Part shown: in pieces, positions 18,038 through 29,700 of the stretch
How the letters are laid out: each line of letters begins with the position of its first letter
Numbering within the stretch: the stretch's first letter is position 1
Origin: a virus
Lineage: Duplodnaviria; Caudoviricetes
Direction: 5' to 3' (one strand)
DNA: 62,939 nucleotides
IMG/VR virus record: IMGVR_UViG_3300005573_000097
Coordinates: 1-62,939 of that record
The notes under the pieces: generated by a model
The model's input: the letters and a program-made list of their open reading frames with translations, nothing else
Databases searched by the model: none
What the model was told of the DNA's origin: nothing
Translations under genes and position numbers: made by a program

Positions 18038-18421
18038 TTGGCAAGAACACCTTTTATCTCTGTCTCATCAAAATACAAACCATTAACACCAAATTTAAAT
18101 AATTTGGAAAAGAAAATTGTAGATGAAAATTATGATAAACCATTATTTATATATAATGGTAGTATTCCTATTGAAACTAATTATTTTAATTTTAAAAATT
18201 ATAAAGAGATCTTTAACGATCAAGAACTTCTTAATGCTAAAGCTTTTATCTTTTCAGAACTTAATATTCATCTCCTTTCTTTTGGAATCAACTATAATAT
18301 TCCAAATATATGGATTCATAAAACTATAAAACCTGAAAATTGGAATAATCTTTTTAGATTAATTATCATAGGAGAGCAAAATAATATTGAGGTTTGGAGA
18401 TCTATATGGAAACTCGTGTAG
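18038..18421 (+). CDS. hypothetical protein
   Basis: TTG start with AGGAGG RBS; overlaps the next gene. Confidence 0.5.
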   Translation: MARTPFISVSSKYKPLTPNLNNLEKKIVDENYDKPLFIYNGSIPIETNYFNFKNYKEIFNDQELLNAKAFIFSELNIHLLSFGINYNIPNIWIHKTIKPENWNNLFRLIIIGEQNNIEVWRSIWKLV

Positions 18422-20067
18422 GGATTTCTTTCTTTAACACAATGGGAAATCTGATTTTTCTTTCTGCTGCTGTTAAAGTTTTGAGAAACTGGGGATATCA
18501 AAACATTGATTTAATCACTGATTTAAAATCCCCTGGAATTACAAAAAATCAAAGAAATGTCTTGATAGATTTAGGCTCTAAAATTTTTGATAAGGTTCTT
18601 GATAAAGCTGATTGTAAGATTGAAAACTATCAAAAGATCTACTCATGTGGATTTTCAAAGGTTCCTCATTTTGGAAAGGATGTTAAAACTATAAATTGGA
18701 AAGAGACGGGAATTCATGAAATTCTCCTCTATCTAAATATGATTGGAGCAACATGGAATGATTTTGATGGATATATCTTTCCAATTTCAGAGTCTCCAAT
18801 CCTCCCAGAAAAGAAATCTCTTCGGATTGGATTAGCGAATGCTCATGGAACTGAACAGGCTAAAAAGAAATCTTGGAGTAAATTTCCAGAATTGTCTAAA
18901 CAACTTATTAAAATGGGCTTTGAAACTGTTCTTGTTGGATTAGATGGAGAATTAGAAGGATGTGAATTTACCTATGACTATCGTGGAAAATGTTCCATTT
19001 ATGAAACAGCAAAAGTTATTCAACAATGTGATGTAATGATTGCAACATCAACGGGACTTGGTATTATCTCCGATGTTGTTAAAACTCCATTGGTTATGAT
19101 AGATGGCCCAATGCCAGTAACTAAGTTCCATCCTATACAGACTAACTTTACTAATGTTAGAAAATACATTTCTTGTGCTCCTTGTGCGTATACTCAACTT
19201 TGGAATTATTGTACATCTATAAGATGTATGGATCTTATTCAACCTAAAGATGTTATAGAATCTTTAATTAAATTTCTTCCTAAGATGGGGGAGCCTAGAT
19301 GTATAGAGACTCTAGTATCAACTAGAGATTCATATAAACCATCTAAAAAAGAAATTCTTTTAAAGAGATCTATAGCTTATATGGTATCTGTAAAAGATCG
19401 TTTTGAAATGACTAAAAATTTCTTTGAATCTTTTAAAGATAGTAAACCATTACCTGGATCACTTTTCATTTTGAATGATAATAGTAATGATCCAAGAATT
19501 TTAGGATATCTGGATAAATTAAAAATTAAAGATATTGATATTGTTATAAAAAATGCTGATATTTCAAAAGTAAAATATAATGTAGATAGTATTCATTGTT
19601 GTAATGAATTAATCAAAATGGCTAGAGATTCTAAAATTGATTTTGATTATTATCTGTTTCAAGATTCTGATGCTATCTTCAAACAATATTGGATTCAGAA
19701 AATGATTCTTCAGTATGAAGAAGTTTCAAAGAGTCAAAAACTCTGGGGAGTTTCTGGATTTAATAATTCTCTTAATGATAAATATTTCCCTGATAGTACT
19801 TCAACAGATATTTATGAAAATGAATTTGGAAAGTATCGATTAAGAGGAAGTCTTTTATTTAATATTTTAATTCCAAAAGAAATCTTTAATGGTGATTTTG
19901 GAACCTACAATCCATTAGCTCATTCTTCAGATTTATCAAAGTCTGAAGAAATGATAAATAAAGGTTATTGTGGATTGATCACAATACCAAGTTTAGTAGA
20001 ACATATTGGAGCATATTCATCTTTACTTCGTTTTGGAAGTGTTGGTACAACATCTTCAGATTTTTAA
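18406..20067 (+). CDS. glycosyltransferase fusion (GT9 heptosyltransferase-like + GT2-like)
   Basis: N-half MGNLI, KKSWSKF, QQCDVMIATSTG, ISCAPC; C-half LNDNSND, FQDSD, PSLVEHIG. Confidence 0.82.
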   Translation: METRVGISFFNTMGNLIFLSAAVKVLRNWGYQNIDLITDLKSPGITKNQRNVLIDLGSKIFDKVLDKADCKIENYQKIYSCGFSKVPHFGKDVKTINWKETGIHEILLYLNMIGATWNDFDGYIFPISESPILPEKKSLRIGLANAHGTEQAKKKSWSKFPELSKQLIKMGFETVLVGLDGELEGCEFTYDYRGKCSIYETAKVIQQCDVMIATSTGLGIISDVVKTPLVMIDGPMPVTKFHPIQTNFTNVRKYISCAPCAYTQLWNYCTSIRCMDLIQPKDVIESLIKFLPKMGEPRCIETLVSTRDSYKPSKKEILLKRSIAYMVSVKDRFEMTKNFFESFKDSKPLPGSLFILNDNSNDPRILGYLDKLKIKDIDIVIKNADISKVKYNVDSIHCCNELIKMARDSKIDFDYYLFQDSDAIFKQYWIQKMILQYEEVSKSQKLWGVSGFNNSLNDKYFPDSTSTDIYENEFGKYRLRGSLLFNILIPKEIFNGDFGTYNPLAHSSDLSKSEEMINKGYCGLITIPSLVEHIGAYSSLLRFGSVGTTSSDF

Positions 20068-20103
20068 AGTTTAAGTTTTCTAGTTAAACTTACGGAGGTA
20101 CTC

Positions 20104-20637
20104 ATGTCAGATTCAGATATCGTCATACGACCTTGTGCAGTATATTGGGGCGTCGCATCATCAGAGCAATCTCTTGGAAAAACTCAGGGTGGAGTTTCAA
20201 TTAAATTTGAAACTAAAACAGCTGAATTGAAATCAGATCAAAATGGAGACTTACCAATTAATGAAGTTATTATTGGGCAAGGTTGTACAGTAACTGTAAA
20301 CCTTGCAGAAGTAAATTTAGCTAATTTAGCTTATGCATTAAACCAAACTCGAAAAGTACTTAGTGGAAAGTATGGTTTTGCTGGAACTAATAAGATTGGA
20401 ACATCATTACAAGATCTTGCAAAATCTCTTCTTTTAAAACCTTGGATTGGTGGTTCAGCAACAACAAATACTGAACTCTGGTGGAGATTTCCAAAAGCAG
20501 CTCCAATAGCAAATTTTGATCTTGCTTTTACAGTTAATAATCAACAGATTATTCCAGTTGTTTTTAAATGTTTTCCTGATGCTTCATCTAATTGGTATTA
20601 TGCCGGTGATGAAACAGCAGCTATTTCTGGATCTTAA
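20104..20637 (+). CDS. major tail tube protein
   Basis: LGKTQGGVSI, VTVNLAE and FPKA motifs; precedes the chaperones and tape measure. Confidence 0.8.
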   Translation: MSDSDIVIRPCAVYWGVASSEQSLGKTQGGVSIKFETKTAELKSDQNGDLPINEVIIGQGCTVTVNLAEVNLANLAYALNQTRKVLSGKYGFAGTNKIGTSLQDLAKSLLLKPWIGGSATTNTELWWRFPKAAPIANFDLAFTVNNQQIIPVVFKCFPDASSNWYYAGDETAAISGS

Positions 20638-20665
20638 TTTTAATTTAAATCCCTAAGGAGGAGAT

Positions 20666-20980
20666 ATGAGTGAACAGGTTGTAAATATTGATGAGATGTT
20701 AGGCAAAAATGTTTTAAAATTAGTTTTTATGGGAGAGACTTTCATAGTGAAGGATATCCCTATTCAAGTCTTTATGGAGATTACTGCTAAAAGTGAGAAT
20801 GCTGATATTGAAAAAGTTAGAGATTTGATTAGGGAAGTTGTTGATATGCCAGATGAGATTGTTAAGAAGATTGGGATGTTGTCAGCCAACATGATCTTCA
20901 AGGCAATTATGGAATGGTTTTCCATGAAGGATAAAATTGGAGATAAGGGTGAGGTCGGATCAACCAATGTAAACCCTTAA
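20666..20980 (+). CDS. tail assembly chaperone (gpG-like)
   Basis: Position between tube and tape measure; ends at a slippery heptamer. Confidence 0.7.
   Translation: MSEQVVNIDEMLGKNVLKLVFMGETFIVKDIPIQVFMEITAKSENADIEKVRDLIREVVDMPDEIVKKIGMLSANMIFKAIMEWFSMKDKIGDKGEVGSTNVNP
20971..20977 (+). other. putative -1 ribosomal frameshift site A AAC CCT
   Basis: XXXYYYZ heptamer in the correct phase; the -1 frame AAA CCC TTA ATG enters ORF 20980. Confidence 0.6.
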
Positions 20981-21291
20981 TGTTTAGTCATGCCTTCGCC
21001 CTTCTTGCAAAGAGTTTTGGATGGAGGCATGACTACATCCTTTCTTTAAATTCAAGATTGTTTTTTCTCTATTTAAGAGAAGCTGTTAAGTTAAATGCTG
21101 AAGATAATTTTATTCTTCACCAAGCTGCTGCTTTTCCATACATTGAAGAAAAAGAAGTTAGAAATAAAATTCTATCTAGTTTTACTAAACTTTTAGAAAC
21201 TTCTAATGAAAAAGTCGAAGATGAGATTAGAGATGACTCATGGAAACTTCGATTAGGTATTAAGGGGTTTAAACATGGCATTGATGGTTGA
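20980..21291 (+). CDS. tail assembly chaperone (gpT-like)
   Basis: LAKSFGW...IL motif; in the -1 frame relative to the preceding gene. Confidence 0.65.
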   Translation: MFSHAFALLAKSFGWRHDYILSLNSRLFFLYLREAVKLNAEDNFILHQAAAFPYIEEKEVRNKILSSFTKLLETSNEKVEDEIRDDSWKLRLGIKGFKHGIDG

Positions 21292-24200
21292 TACTGAAGG
21301 TAACATCATTGCAAAGATTATCCTTGATGATTCTGAATTTCAAAGTAAGATGCAACAGGTCTCTAAAGATGTTGAAGTTCATACTGAGAAAATCGAGAAA
21401 AGTTTCTATGATAGATTTGTAAAAATTGCTGTAGGATTTTCATTAGTCTATCAAGGTATGCGATTAGTTAGAGAAGGACTTGCTGCTCTTGCTAGAGAAG
21501 CCTGGGACACAATTCCTGCTATAGATGAATTTAATAAATCTGTAATGACTACTACAGCTATAATGACTTCTATGTCCAAAGATCAAAATCCATTTCAAAC
21601 CTTTAAGAATCTTCTTCCAGAAGTTAATGGATTGATGAAAGATTTAGAAAGACATGCTGCTGGATCAATTCTTGAATTTAAAGAATTACAAACCGTCTTT
21701 TCTACTTCTATTAAACAAGGTGTAATTCCAGTAACTGATAAAGATATTAAGAATCTTACAACCATTGCAGAAGTTATTAAAGCAATTCCACCTGAAACTG
21801 GACAGAGTTATAAATTTGAACAAGAACTGAGAAGAGTTTATGAAGGAACTTATGGAAATACAAAAGGTGCTTATGTTGCAAATTTTTTAGCAAATCTTGG
21901 AGTATCAAAGGAGGATCTAGCGTCTTGGAAACAGCTTGGTGTTAATATCTCTGGTGATAATATTCTCTTAGATCAGTTAGCTACAAAATTAAGTGTATTT
22001 AAGGTAATGCATCAGGAAATGCAAAATTCTTGGACAGCTGTCTCCTCTTCTGCTAAAATGTATTGGGATGTAATAAAAAGAATTGGTGGGGAAGAAGTAT
22101 CTAAAGTTCTCGTTGAAGACGTTAAAAAAATTAATGATAGTCTTGTAACATCTTCAGGTTATTCGGAACTTCTTGTAGATTCTGCTAGTCTCTGGCATGA
22201 TTTCTTAGCTATGTGTTATGAAACTGTTAGAACATTAGTTGCTTTTTTATCATTGATGGCTCCTGCTGCTGCAGCTGCTGGAGTTGAATTTAAAGGTATA
22301 GCAGTGTTTATGGCAGAGGTTAAATATCTACTTGATCTCTTTGTTTTAGATATAAAACTTATTGCAGATGAGATGAGAAATGTATGGTCTGGAAAAGGAT
22401 CTATTGATAAATCAATTTTACTTTGGAAAGAATTTATCGCTGACAGTAGAATGGCTAGAGCAAGTTTAGATGAGCAACTTGCTATGATAGGTTCTAATGC
22501 AGAAAAATATTTAAATCCTATTGTAACTTCTAGAGAAAATATAAAACATCTTAGAGAAGAGATTCTGAAAAATGCCGAAGCTGTCAGAGAATCAGAAAGT
22601 AGTTATATAAAATGGGAGGATACTATAAATGATATTAATATGACAATAGAAGGATATAAAGCTGCTTCTAAGGGTTTAAGAAATGGTCTTCTTGATGTTG
22701 CAAGTGTTGAGGAGTATAAAAAGCATCTTGAAGATCTTAAACAATTGGATAAAATTCCATCAGAACTTTCTGGATTGTGGTTAGAGGCTAGTGAAAAAGA
22801 AAGAAAGGCTGCTAGAGAATTATCATTTGAAGAGAAACTTAGAACTATTACAGATGAAACAAAAGCTTATGCAGAAATTTTAAATAAACTTAAAACTGGA
22901 TCTTTAAAGCCTGAAGATGTTGATAATGCCATGACTGAAGTATCTGAGTTAAGCAAATATAAAGATTTACCAAAAGAACTTACTGAAAGACTAGCAGCAG
23001 CTAAAAAAGATTGGAAAGACTATAAAGATGCTATAACAGAAACAGCTAATGAATTAAAAAAGGTTGAGAAGCTTAATTTAGATACAAAAGCATTAATCGA
23101 TAGTAATAAAGCTCTTAAGGATATTTATACACAACTTGATAAGAATTCTCTAAATTTAAATACTGAAGATTCATTTAAACAACAGATTAAAATTATTGAG
23201 CATAGAGGAACTCTAATAAAACAAGGATATGATATTAATTCAAAAGCCTTTGAAAATAATATGAATGAGTTTAAACAGAATCTAGCTCTTGAGTCTGGCG
23301 TTAAAGAACTGGAAGATTTTATATTATCTGGAATTGAAGGTAGAGCTAAAACTTTACAGAAGATAAGTGATTTGAAGATTAATACAGAAAGTCTACAAGA
23401 ACAATCTAAATATTTAGATTTAATTAATAGTAGACTTAAGAATGGTGATATTTTATTTAATACAAAGTATCCAAAAGATTATATTAATATCTTGATTGAA
23501 GTTGAAAAGCATAGAGAGGATTTACTTAAACAAAAATTTGATCCAAATTCTAAAGAGTTTATAGAAAATCTAAAAGCATTTAAAGAAGCACAATTAGCTG
23601 CTTACAATTTAAAAAATACTGAGATGCTCCCAGAAAATTTAAAAAAAGCATCTCAATTACAAATTCAATTTCAAGAAGATCTCAATCTGGATAGACTTCA
23701 AAAAATTAAAGATGAGGCAGATCAGGAACTTGAAATCAATCAAGAAAAGATTAGAGAGTTAAATCTTGAAGATAATTTTCGTGATAAACTTACTGAACAA
23801 GCAATGGAAGTGCATAATAAGAAACTCCTTGTTATTAACGGAAACTATCTAGATGGGATGAAAGAAGGCTGGAAGAATACTGTAAATTCGATGTCAACTG
23901 AGTTTGAAATTTTTGCAACTTTGACAGAAGATGTTATGAAATCTTTAACTTCTGGATTGTCTAATCTCTTTTTTGATCTGGGGAAAAATATTAAAAATAC
24001 TGCTGATGCAGGAAGGAAATTACTTGATGATTTACTTCGTACAATTTCTAATGCTTTAGCTCAAATGGTAATGAGTGGGTTGATTAAAGGAGGAATGGCT
24101 TTATTTGGATCTTTATTTTCACCACCAGCTGCTGGAAGTTTAACTAATTTTAATTCTACACTATCTATTGGAGGTTTGTCCAGCTTTTCACCATCTTTTC

Positions 24201-24478
24201 ATTCTGGAGGTTTTGTTACCTCTGATATGATCCCCCGTTATCACATAGGTGGTCTTGCATCTGATGAAGTTCCTGCAATCCTTCAGACAGGAGAGACTGT
24301 TCTTCCTCGTGGAGTAACTCCAAATACTTATCACATCAGTTTCAATGTTCAAGCTATGGATTCAAAATCTCTTAAAGATTTTGTAGATAGGAATCAAAAT
24401 ATATTTTTGAATCCCATTATTAATGATATAGAGTCTGGTAGAGGTATTATAAGTCATCGACTAAGGAGTATGGAATGA
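21275..24478 (+). CDS. tape measure protein
   Basis: 1067 aa, helical; C-terminal FHSGG...DEVPAILQTGETVLP. Confidence 0.9.
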   Translation: MALMVDTEGNIIAKIILDDSEFQSKMQQVSKDVEVHTEKIEKSFYDRFVKIAVGFSLVYQGMRLVREGLAALAREAWDTIPAIDEFNKSVMTTTAIMTSMSKDQNPFQTFKNLLPEVNGLMKDLERHAAGSILEFKELQTVFSTSIKQGVIPVTDKDIKNLTTIAEVIKAIPPETGQSYKFEQELRRVYEGTYGNTKGAYVANFLANLGVSKEDLASWKQLGVNISGDNILLDQLATKLSVFKVMHQEMQNSWTAVSSSAKMYWDVIKRIGGEEVSKVLVEDVKKINDSLVTSSGYSELLVDSASLWHDFLAMCYETVRTLVAFLSLMAPAAAAAGVEFKGIAVFMAEVKYLLDLFVLDIKLIADEMRNVWSGKGSIDKSILLWKEFIADSRMARASLDEQLAMIGSNAEKYLNPIVTSRENIKHLREEILKNAEAVRESESSYIKWEDTINDINMTIEGYKAASKGLRNGLLDVASVEEYKKHLEDLKQLDKIPSELSGLWLEASEKERKAARELSFEEKLRTITDETKAYAEILNKLKTGSLKPEDVDNAMTEVSELSKYKDLPKELTERLAAAKKDWKDYKDAITETANELKKVEKLNLDTKALIDSNKALKDIYTQLDKNSLNLNTEDSFKQQIKIIEHRGTLIKQGYDINSKAFENNMNEFKQNLALESGVKELEDFILSGIEGRAKTLQKISDLKINTESLQEQSKYLDLINSRLKNGDILFNTKYPKDYINILIEVEKHREDLLKQKFDPNSKEFIENLKAFKEAQLAAYNLKNTEMLPENLKKASQLQIQFQEDLNLDRLQKIKDEADQELEINQEKIRELNLEDNFRDKLTEQAMEVHNKKLLVINGNYLDGMKEGWKNTVNSMSTEFEIFATLTEDVMKSLTSGLSNLFFDLGKNIKNTADAGRKLLDDLLRTISNALAQMVMSGLIKGGMALFGSLFSPPAAGSLTNFNSTLSIGGLSSFSPSFHSGGFVTSDMIPRYHIGGLASDEVPAILQTGETVLPRGVTPNTYHISFNVQAMDSKSLKDFVDRNQNIFLNPIINDIESGRGIISHRLRSME

Positions 24479-25056
24479 GTGCTTTTCCAGATATTTCATC
24501 AGTACCACATATATCTCCAGTTGGAAAGACAATTAGGACAAAATCAATAATTAAGGCATATGAAGATGGCTCTGAATCGGCTAAACAGAAGTGGCTATAT
24601 CCAAAGAGAAATTTCAAACTCAGTTACTCAAATATTTCAAAAGAAGAAGCATTAATTTTGTGGCAGATGTTTATCAATTGTGGAGGTCAATATCTTCCAT
24701 TTTCTTTCTTTGATTATACTTCTAATATCTATACAAAAGAATATGTTGGAGTTGGAGATGGAGTGACAACACAATTTAGCCTTCCCTCTAAATCTGCCAT
24801 AAATAGAACTTTATATCTTGATAACTTAATTCAATCAGAATCAACTAACTGGACATTTACTTCAAATGGTGGAAGCGACTCGGAAGATTTGTGCACTTTC
24901 TCTTCAGCACCTTTAGCTGGATCAATTATAACTTTCTCTTTTACTGGATATCTAAAAGTTAGATGTAGATTTGCAAATGATAATTTTGACTATGATACCT
25001 TTTATAAGATTTTAAATACAACAGGAATAGAATTAAGGGGATTACTTAACTCATGA
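24475..25056 (+). CDS. distal tail protein (DUF2460-like)
   Basis: GVGDGVTTQFSL, FSSAP..G, VRCRF motifs. Confidence 0.72.
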   Translation: MSAFPDISSVPHISPVGKTIRTKSIIKAYEDGSESAKQKWLYPKRNFKLSYSNISKEEALILWQMFINCGGQYLPFSFFDYTSNIYTKEYVGVGDGVTTQFSLPSKSAINRTLYLDNLIQSESTNWTFTSNGGSDSEDLCTFSSAPLAGSIITFSFTGYLKVRCRFANDNFDYDTFYKILNTTGIELRGLLNS

Positions 25057-26315
25057 GAGTTCTAACTGCAAAATCAATAAATGAATTAGGACTTGATAGA
25101 TTTAGAACTTTTCTCCTTTTGGAAATCTATTTTGAGGGAAACTATTATAGATATACGAATTGTGATATCCCTCTTGTCTATCTTGGAAATGTTTATGAAT
25201 CAAGATCCTTTTCTATTGATAATGTATCCTCAAGTATGGATCAAACTGTTGATAGTGTACAAATTAAACTTGCTGAGTTGAATTCAGCTCTTGGAATTGC
25301 TATTAAGGGATCTGAAATTACTGATTATAAAAATCCTCAAAATGCTCAAGTTACGATTTACTGTGCTGTTGTTTATGATAATTTTTCTTGTAATGCATAT
25401 TATTCTAATGCAACAAGATTTAGAATTTCTAAAGAAGAATTAAATAATGTATATGAAGGTATGTCAATAGTTGCATGCTGTGGTTCTGACGGAAATAAAT
25501 ATGGTACTATCTCTAGTATAACACAATATACAAACTGTTTAAAAATTTTAAGAAATGGTATCAATAATCCAGGATTACGGCAAACGTTAAATTTTGAAGT
25601 TGGTTCATCTTATAAAGTATTTTTTAATTTCAAAAAGATTAATGCAACTAGTCTTTGCATTTCAATTGCAGGTCATGCAGTATATGCAAATCCTGATGTA
25701 GATTGGAGTTCAACTCCTTTAAGTTTTACCCATACTCCAACATCAAGTTCAGAAAGTTTATTATTATATGTAGTGACCAATATAGGTACTCAAGGTATGT
25801 ATCTTGATAGTATCGAAGTTAGAAAAATAATAGGTAGTTCTTATGGTCCTAATATAGTTAAAAATGGTTATTTTGATATAGATTTATCATCATGGACCAT
25901 AATAAATTCTGCAAATGCATCAATAGCATCAGGAGGTCTTATTGGAGATGTTTTTATTGAACTTAGTGATTCTGATGATTTAACTAATAATTTATCTTAT
26001 ATAAAAAATAATTTTGAATCTTTTATTATTTTTAGGGGTTTCATTAGTAAATGGTCAATGACAGAAGATGAACTTGAGCTTACAGTAGTATCATCTCTTG
26101 CTAGATGGAATCAAAGAACTCTCTATCGTCATCCTGCAAATTGTCGTTGGAGACAATTTGGGCCTTCTTCTCCCTGTGGATATCCTCTTTATCAAACAAC
26201 AACTTGTGATAGGTCTTATGAAAGATGTTTAGAGCTTGGAAATCAAGCAAATTTTGGTGGATTTAGATTCCTTCCATCGATAGAAAATAAAGAAGTTCTG
26301 TGGGGCCCAAAATGA
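25053..26315 (+). CDS. tail tip/hub protein (lambda gpL/DUF2163-like) with an inserted carbohydrate-binding-like module
   Basis: C-terminal Cys cluster CRW...CGY...CDRSYERC...NFGGF. Confidence 0.75.
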   Translation: MRVLTAKSINELGLDRFRTFLLLEIYFEGNYYRYTNCDIPLVYLGNVYESRSFSIDNVSSSMDQTVDSVQIKLAELNSALGIAIKGSEITDYKNPQNAQVTIYCAVVYDNFSCNAYYSNATRFRISKEELNNVYEGMSIVACCGSDGNKYGTISSITQYTNCLKILRNGINNPGLRQTLNFEVGSSYKVFFNFKKINATSLCISIAGHAVYANPDVDWSSTPLSFTHTPTSSSESLLLYVVTNIGTQGMYLDSIEVRKIIGSSYGPNIVKNGYFDIDLSSWTIINSANASIASGGLIGDVFIELSDSDDLTNNLSYIKNNFESFIIFRGFISKWSMTEDELELTVVSSLARWNQRTLYRHPANCRWRQFGPSSPCGYPLYQTTTCDRSYERCLELGNQANFGGFRFLPSIENKEVLWGPK

Positions 26316-26713
26316 GAAAAGTAAGTCTACATGAGTTAACTACTGATTTTGTGGGAAAGCAATATATTTTAGGTCAAATGGATTGTTTTATTTTAATTTA
26401 TCAATATCTCAAGAAATTAAATATCTCTCTTCCAAATTCTTTTAATGGACAGACAATTAATAGTTATCCAGAGTTATATAAGAAGAATAAATTAGAAGCA
26501 AAAATTGTCATGATAGATTTTATTTCCAGTCTTCTTGAAGAGATTAAACCTCAGTTTTCAAAGGCTGGAGATATTCTTCTTCTCAAATATCGTGGAAATG
26601 AATTTCTTGGAATTAATCTTGGCAATGGCATGATTATGACAGCAGTTCCAGAGTTTGGTGTTACCATCTCATCTAGAAGTCTATATCAAAGTTTAAAAGC
26701 ATGGAGAGTGTAA
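26312..26713 (+). CDS. NlpC/P60-like tail tip protein (gpK-like)
   Basis: GKQY..GQMDCF and AGDILL; synteny. Confidence 0.65.
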   Translation: MRKVSLHELTTDFVGKQYILGQMDCFILIYQYLKKLNISLPNSFNGQTINSYPELYKKNKLEAKIVMIDFISSLLEEIKPQFSKAGDILLLKYRGNEFLGINLGNGMIMTAVPEFGVTISSRSLYQSLKAWRV

Positions 26714-26714
26714 T

Positions 26715-29700
26715 ATGGGAGCTGCAGCACCATTTATTGTAATGTCAGTTTTCTATGTTGGTACTTCTATTCTGGAATATCAATATCGACCAAAACCTCC
26801 AAAACCAAAAGGTAGAATTGTTAATGGAAGATCAACACAAGAGATACTTAAACTTGTCTATGGAGAGGTTCTGGTTGGAGGCAATGATGTTTTTATAGAA
26901 GCTGATGGACAATATCTATGGATAGTTCAAACTCTAAGTGAAGGGCCTTGCCAGGGAGTTTCTACTGATTCTAAAGGAGATATAATCTACTTTTCAGGAA
27001 AGAGAATTCAAGAATACTCTGGTTATGAATCTCACTATTTCATGTCAGGAGAGTTGAATCAATCTGTTGAACCTCATCTCCATGCTGCCCTTCCTACTTT
27101 TGTTGAAACAATGCATGGAGTTTCCTATATTGTTTTTAAATTAAAATATAATCCAAATAAATACTATGGTATTCCTACTAGAGAGGTTCTCTTAAAGGGT
27201 AAGATGCTGTATGATTTCAGGTATAATACTACAGTATATTCAAACAATCCAGTATTGGAATTATATGATTATTTAACAAACCATGTTTATGGACTTTCCA
27301 AAGAAGCTTCAGAAATAGAACTTGGTAGCTGGAGTGATGCTGCAACTTATTGTGATAACAAAGGTTACATGTGTAACATTGCTTTTGATAGTAGAGATAC
27401 AGCAAAAACAATAATAGATACAATTTTAAGTTATTTTAAAGGGACTATAATAAGTAACCAAGGCCAGTTATCTCTTCTCTATGCAGATACTACTGAAGAA
27501 TCCCCTGTAATGGTTATTAATGATAGTCATCTTATTCAAAATGAAGATGGCACTGTGCAGATGACAATTAGTCAACCATCTGTTTTTGATAAAATTGATG
27601 GATTGATTGTAAGTTATACAGATCCAACAAATGATTATAAACCTAATGAGTTAATCATTGGAGAAGATGTTGGCGTTTTGGAAGAGATGGATTTAACTGG
27701 AATTAATGATAAGAAGATTGCAGGAGAACTGGCAACTTACTATCTAGAACGCCGTCAACTTGATAGGACAATTAATGTAACTTTGAGAGATAATGCTGTA
27801 CAGCTACTTGCTCATGATTTGATTATGTTAACCTGTAGCACTATGGGGATTTATAATCAACTTATGAGAGTTACAAAAACATCTATTCAAAGTGATGGAT
27901 CTGTTTCTGTATCTCTTCAATATGAAAATGATTTATTATATAATTCAAGTTACGACATTAAAGAAGCTACTGATGTTTATACCTGTAATCTACCAGATCC
28001 TTATGCAGAACCATCTCAAGTTGAAAATGTAGTTTTCTCTGAAGAAACTTATAATTTAAAAGATAAAACATATAATAGACTTAAAATTTCATGGGAAATT
28101 TCTGAAAGTTATCCATATATTGACCGTGTTGAAGTTTGGGTTTCCTCTGATGGAGAGAACTACACACATTATAATACAGGAACAGATGGAAGTTTCTTTC
28201 AACCTGTTGAGATTGGTGAAACTTGGTTTTTTAAATTCTTACCGATTAATATATGGAAGGTGAAGTTAGCTGAGGAAAGGGCTTCTACATGGATTTATCA
28301 AGTTCAAGGAAAGACTGCAGCACCTTTGAGTAGTGTTCAAAATTTTAATATTCTTGTTGCTGGTGATACTCTCCATCTTTCATGGGATAAGGTTCCAGAT
28401 CAGGATGTTATTGGATATGAAATTAGATATGGATTAGTTTGGGAACAATCCATTCCTCTTTTTATTGTTGATGCAACATCAAAAACAATTATTGGGATGA
28501 AACCTGGAAATCATACTTTTTTAATTAAAGCTAAAGATGCTCTTAACAATTATTCAGAAGATGCGGCAGAAAAAGTTGTTTCTGTCATAGGTCCTCCTAA
28601 TTATGTAGAAAAAAGTTCGACATCTTACGATTTCACTTCTGGAACTTTTTCTAATACAGAGAGATACTATAGTTCTAATTATGGTTATGTTCTTAGAGTT
28701 TTCCGTCAAAACCTTAATGATAAGCTTGGTATTTATGTATCAAATAATAGACTTATTTGTATTGATGATATGACAAGTTACTTAGTTAATGGTCAGACTT
28801 TAAATGTTGATTGTGGTAGTGATGGAATTAAATCATGTACTGTTTTAAAAAGTGAACTTAAAAATTACTGTCTTCTTATGCAACAAGCTGGTACAAAATA
28901 TCCAAAAATGTCTCAAAATCTTTTTAATTTAACAGTAGGACATCTCTATCAAGTTTCTTTTTGTGTTAAAAGATTTAGTACATCAGGAGATAATGTTAGA
29001 ACTTCATTATTTGGAACTTATGTGGATGATACTGTTAATTCTTCATGGTGTATGAAATTTTGTTATTTTACAGCTAATAGTACAACAACTACTTTGATTA
29101 TTGAAACTACAAACATTTTAACTTTAGGTATTGCTTTTATTCGTGTTCTTGATGTTACTACATATAAAACTGTTGTTTCTAATGGTCATTTTGCAGTAGA
29201 TAATTCTGATTGGATAGCTGATGGAAATACAATATTAACTCAAACAGATACTATTGGACCTCCTATTACTGATTTAACTATTAATGAAACTTCTCTAACT
29301 AATAATCTTCTTAATTATGATATTTTAGATTATAATTCTAATTTAGAAGGATCTTGGGAATCCCCTATAATTGATTTAACAACATCTCTTAATAGAAGAT
29401 GGTGGATATTATATTCACTTATTTTTGAGGATTCTTCAACTTCAACATGGACTAATTTATTTTTAGCTAATACCAATAAAACATGGAATGATATTTTAAT
29501 TAACAATCTTACATGGATACAAGCTTTTAATGCCAATGAAGTGGGTGATATGGATGCAGTATTTTATTGGAGCGATGATGGCACTACATGGAATAATGCC
29601 ACTTTTTTTGAAATTCTATCTATGGAAGTAACAGCTAGATACATAAAATTTATAATTCATTTAAAAGATTATTCTATTAATAGAAAAATTATGCTTCGTG

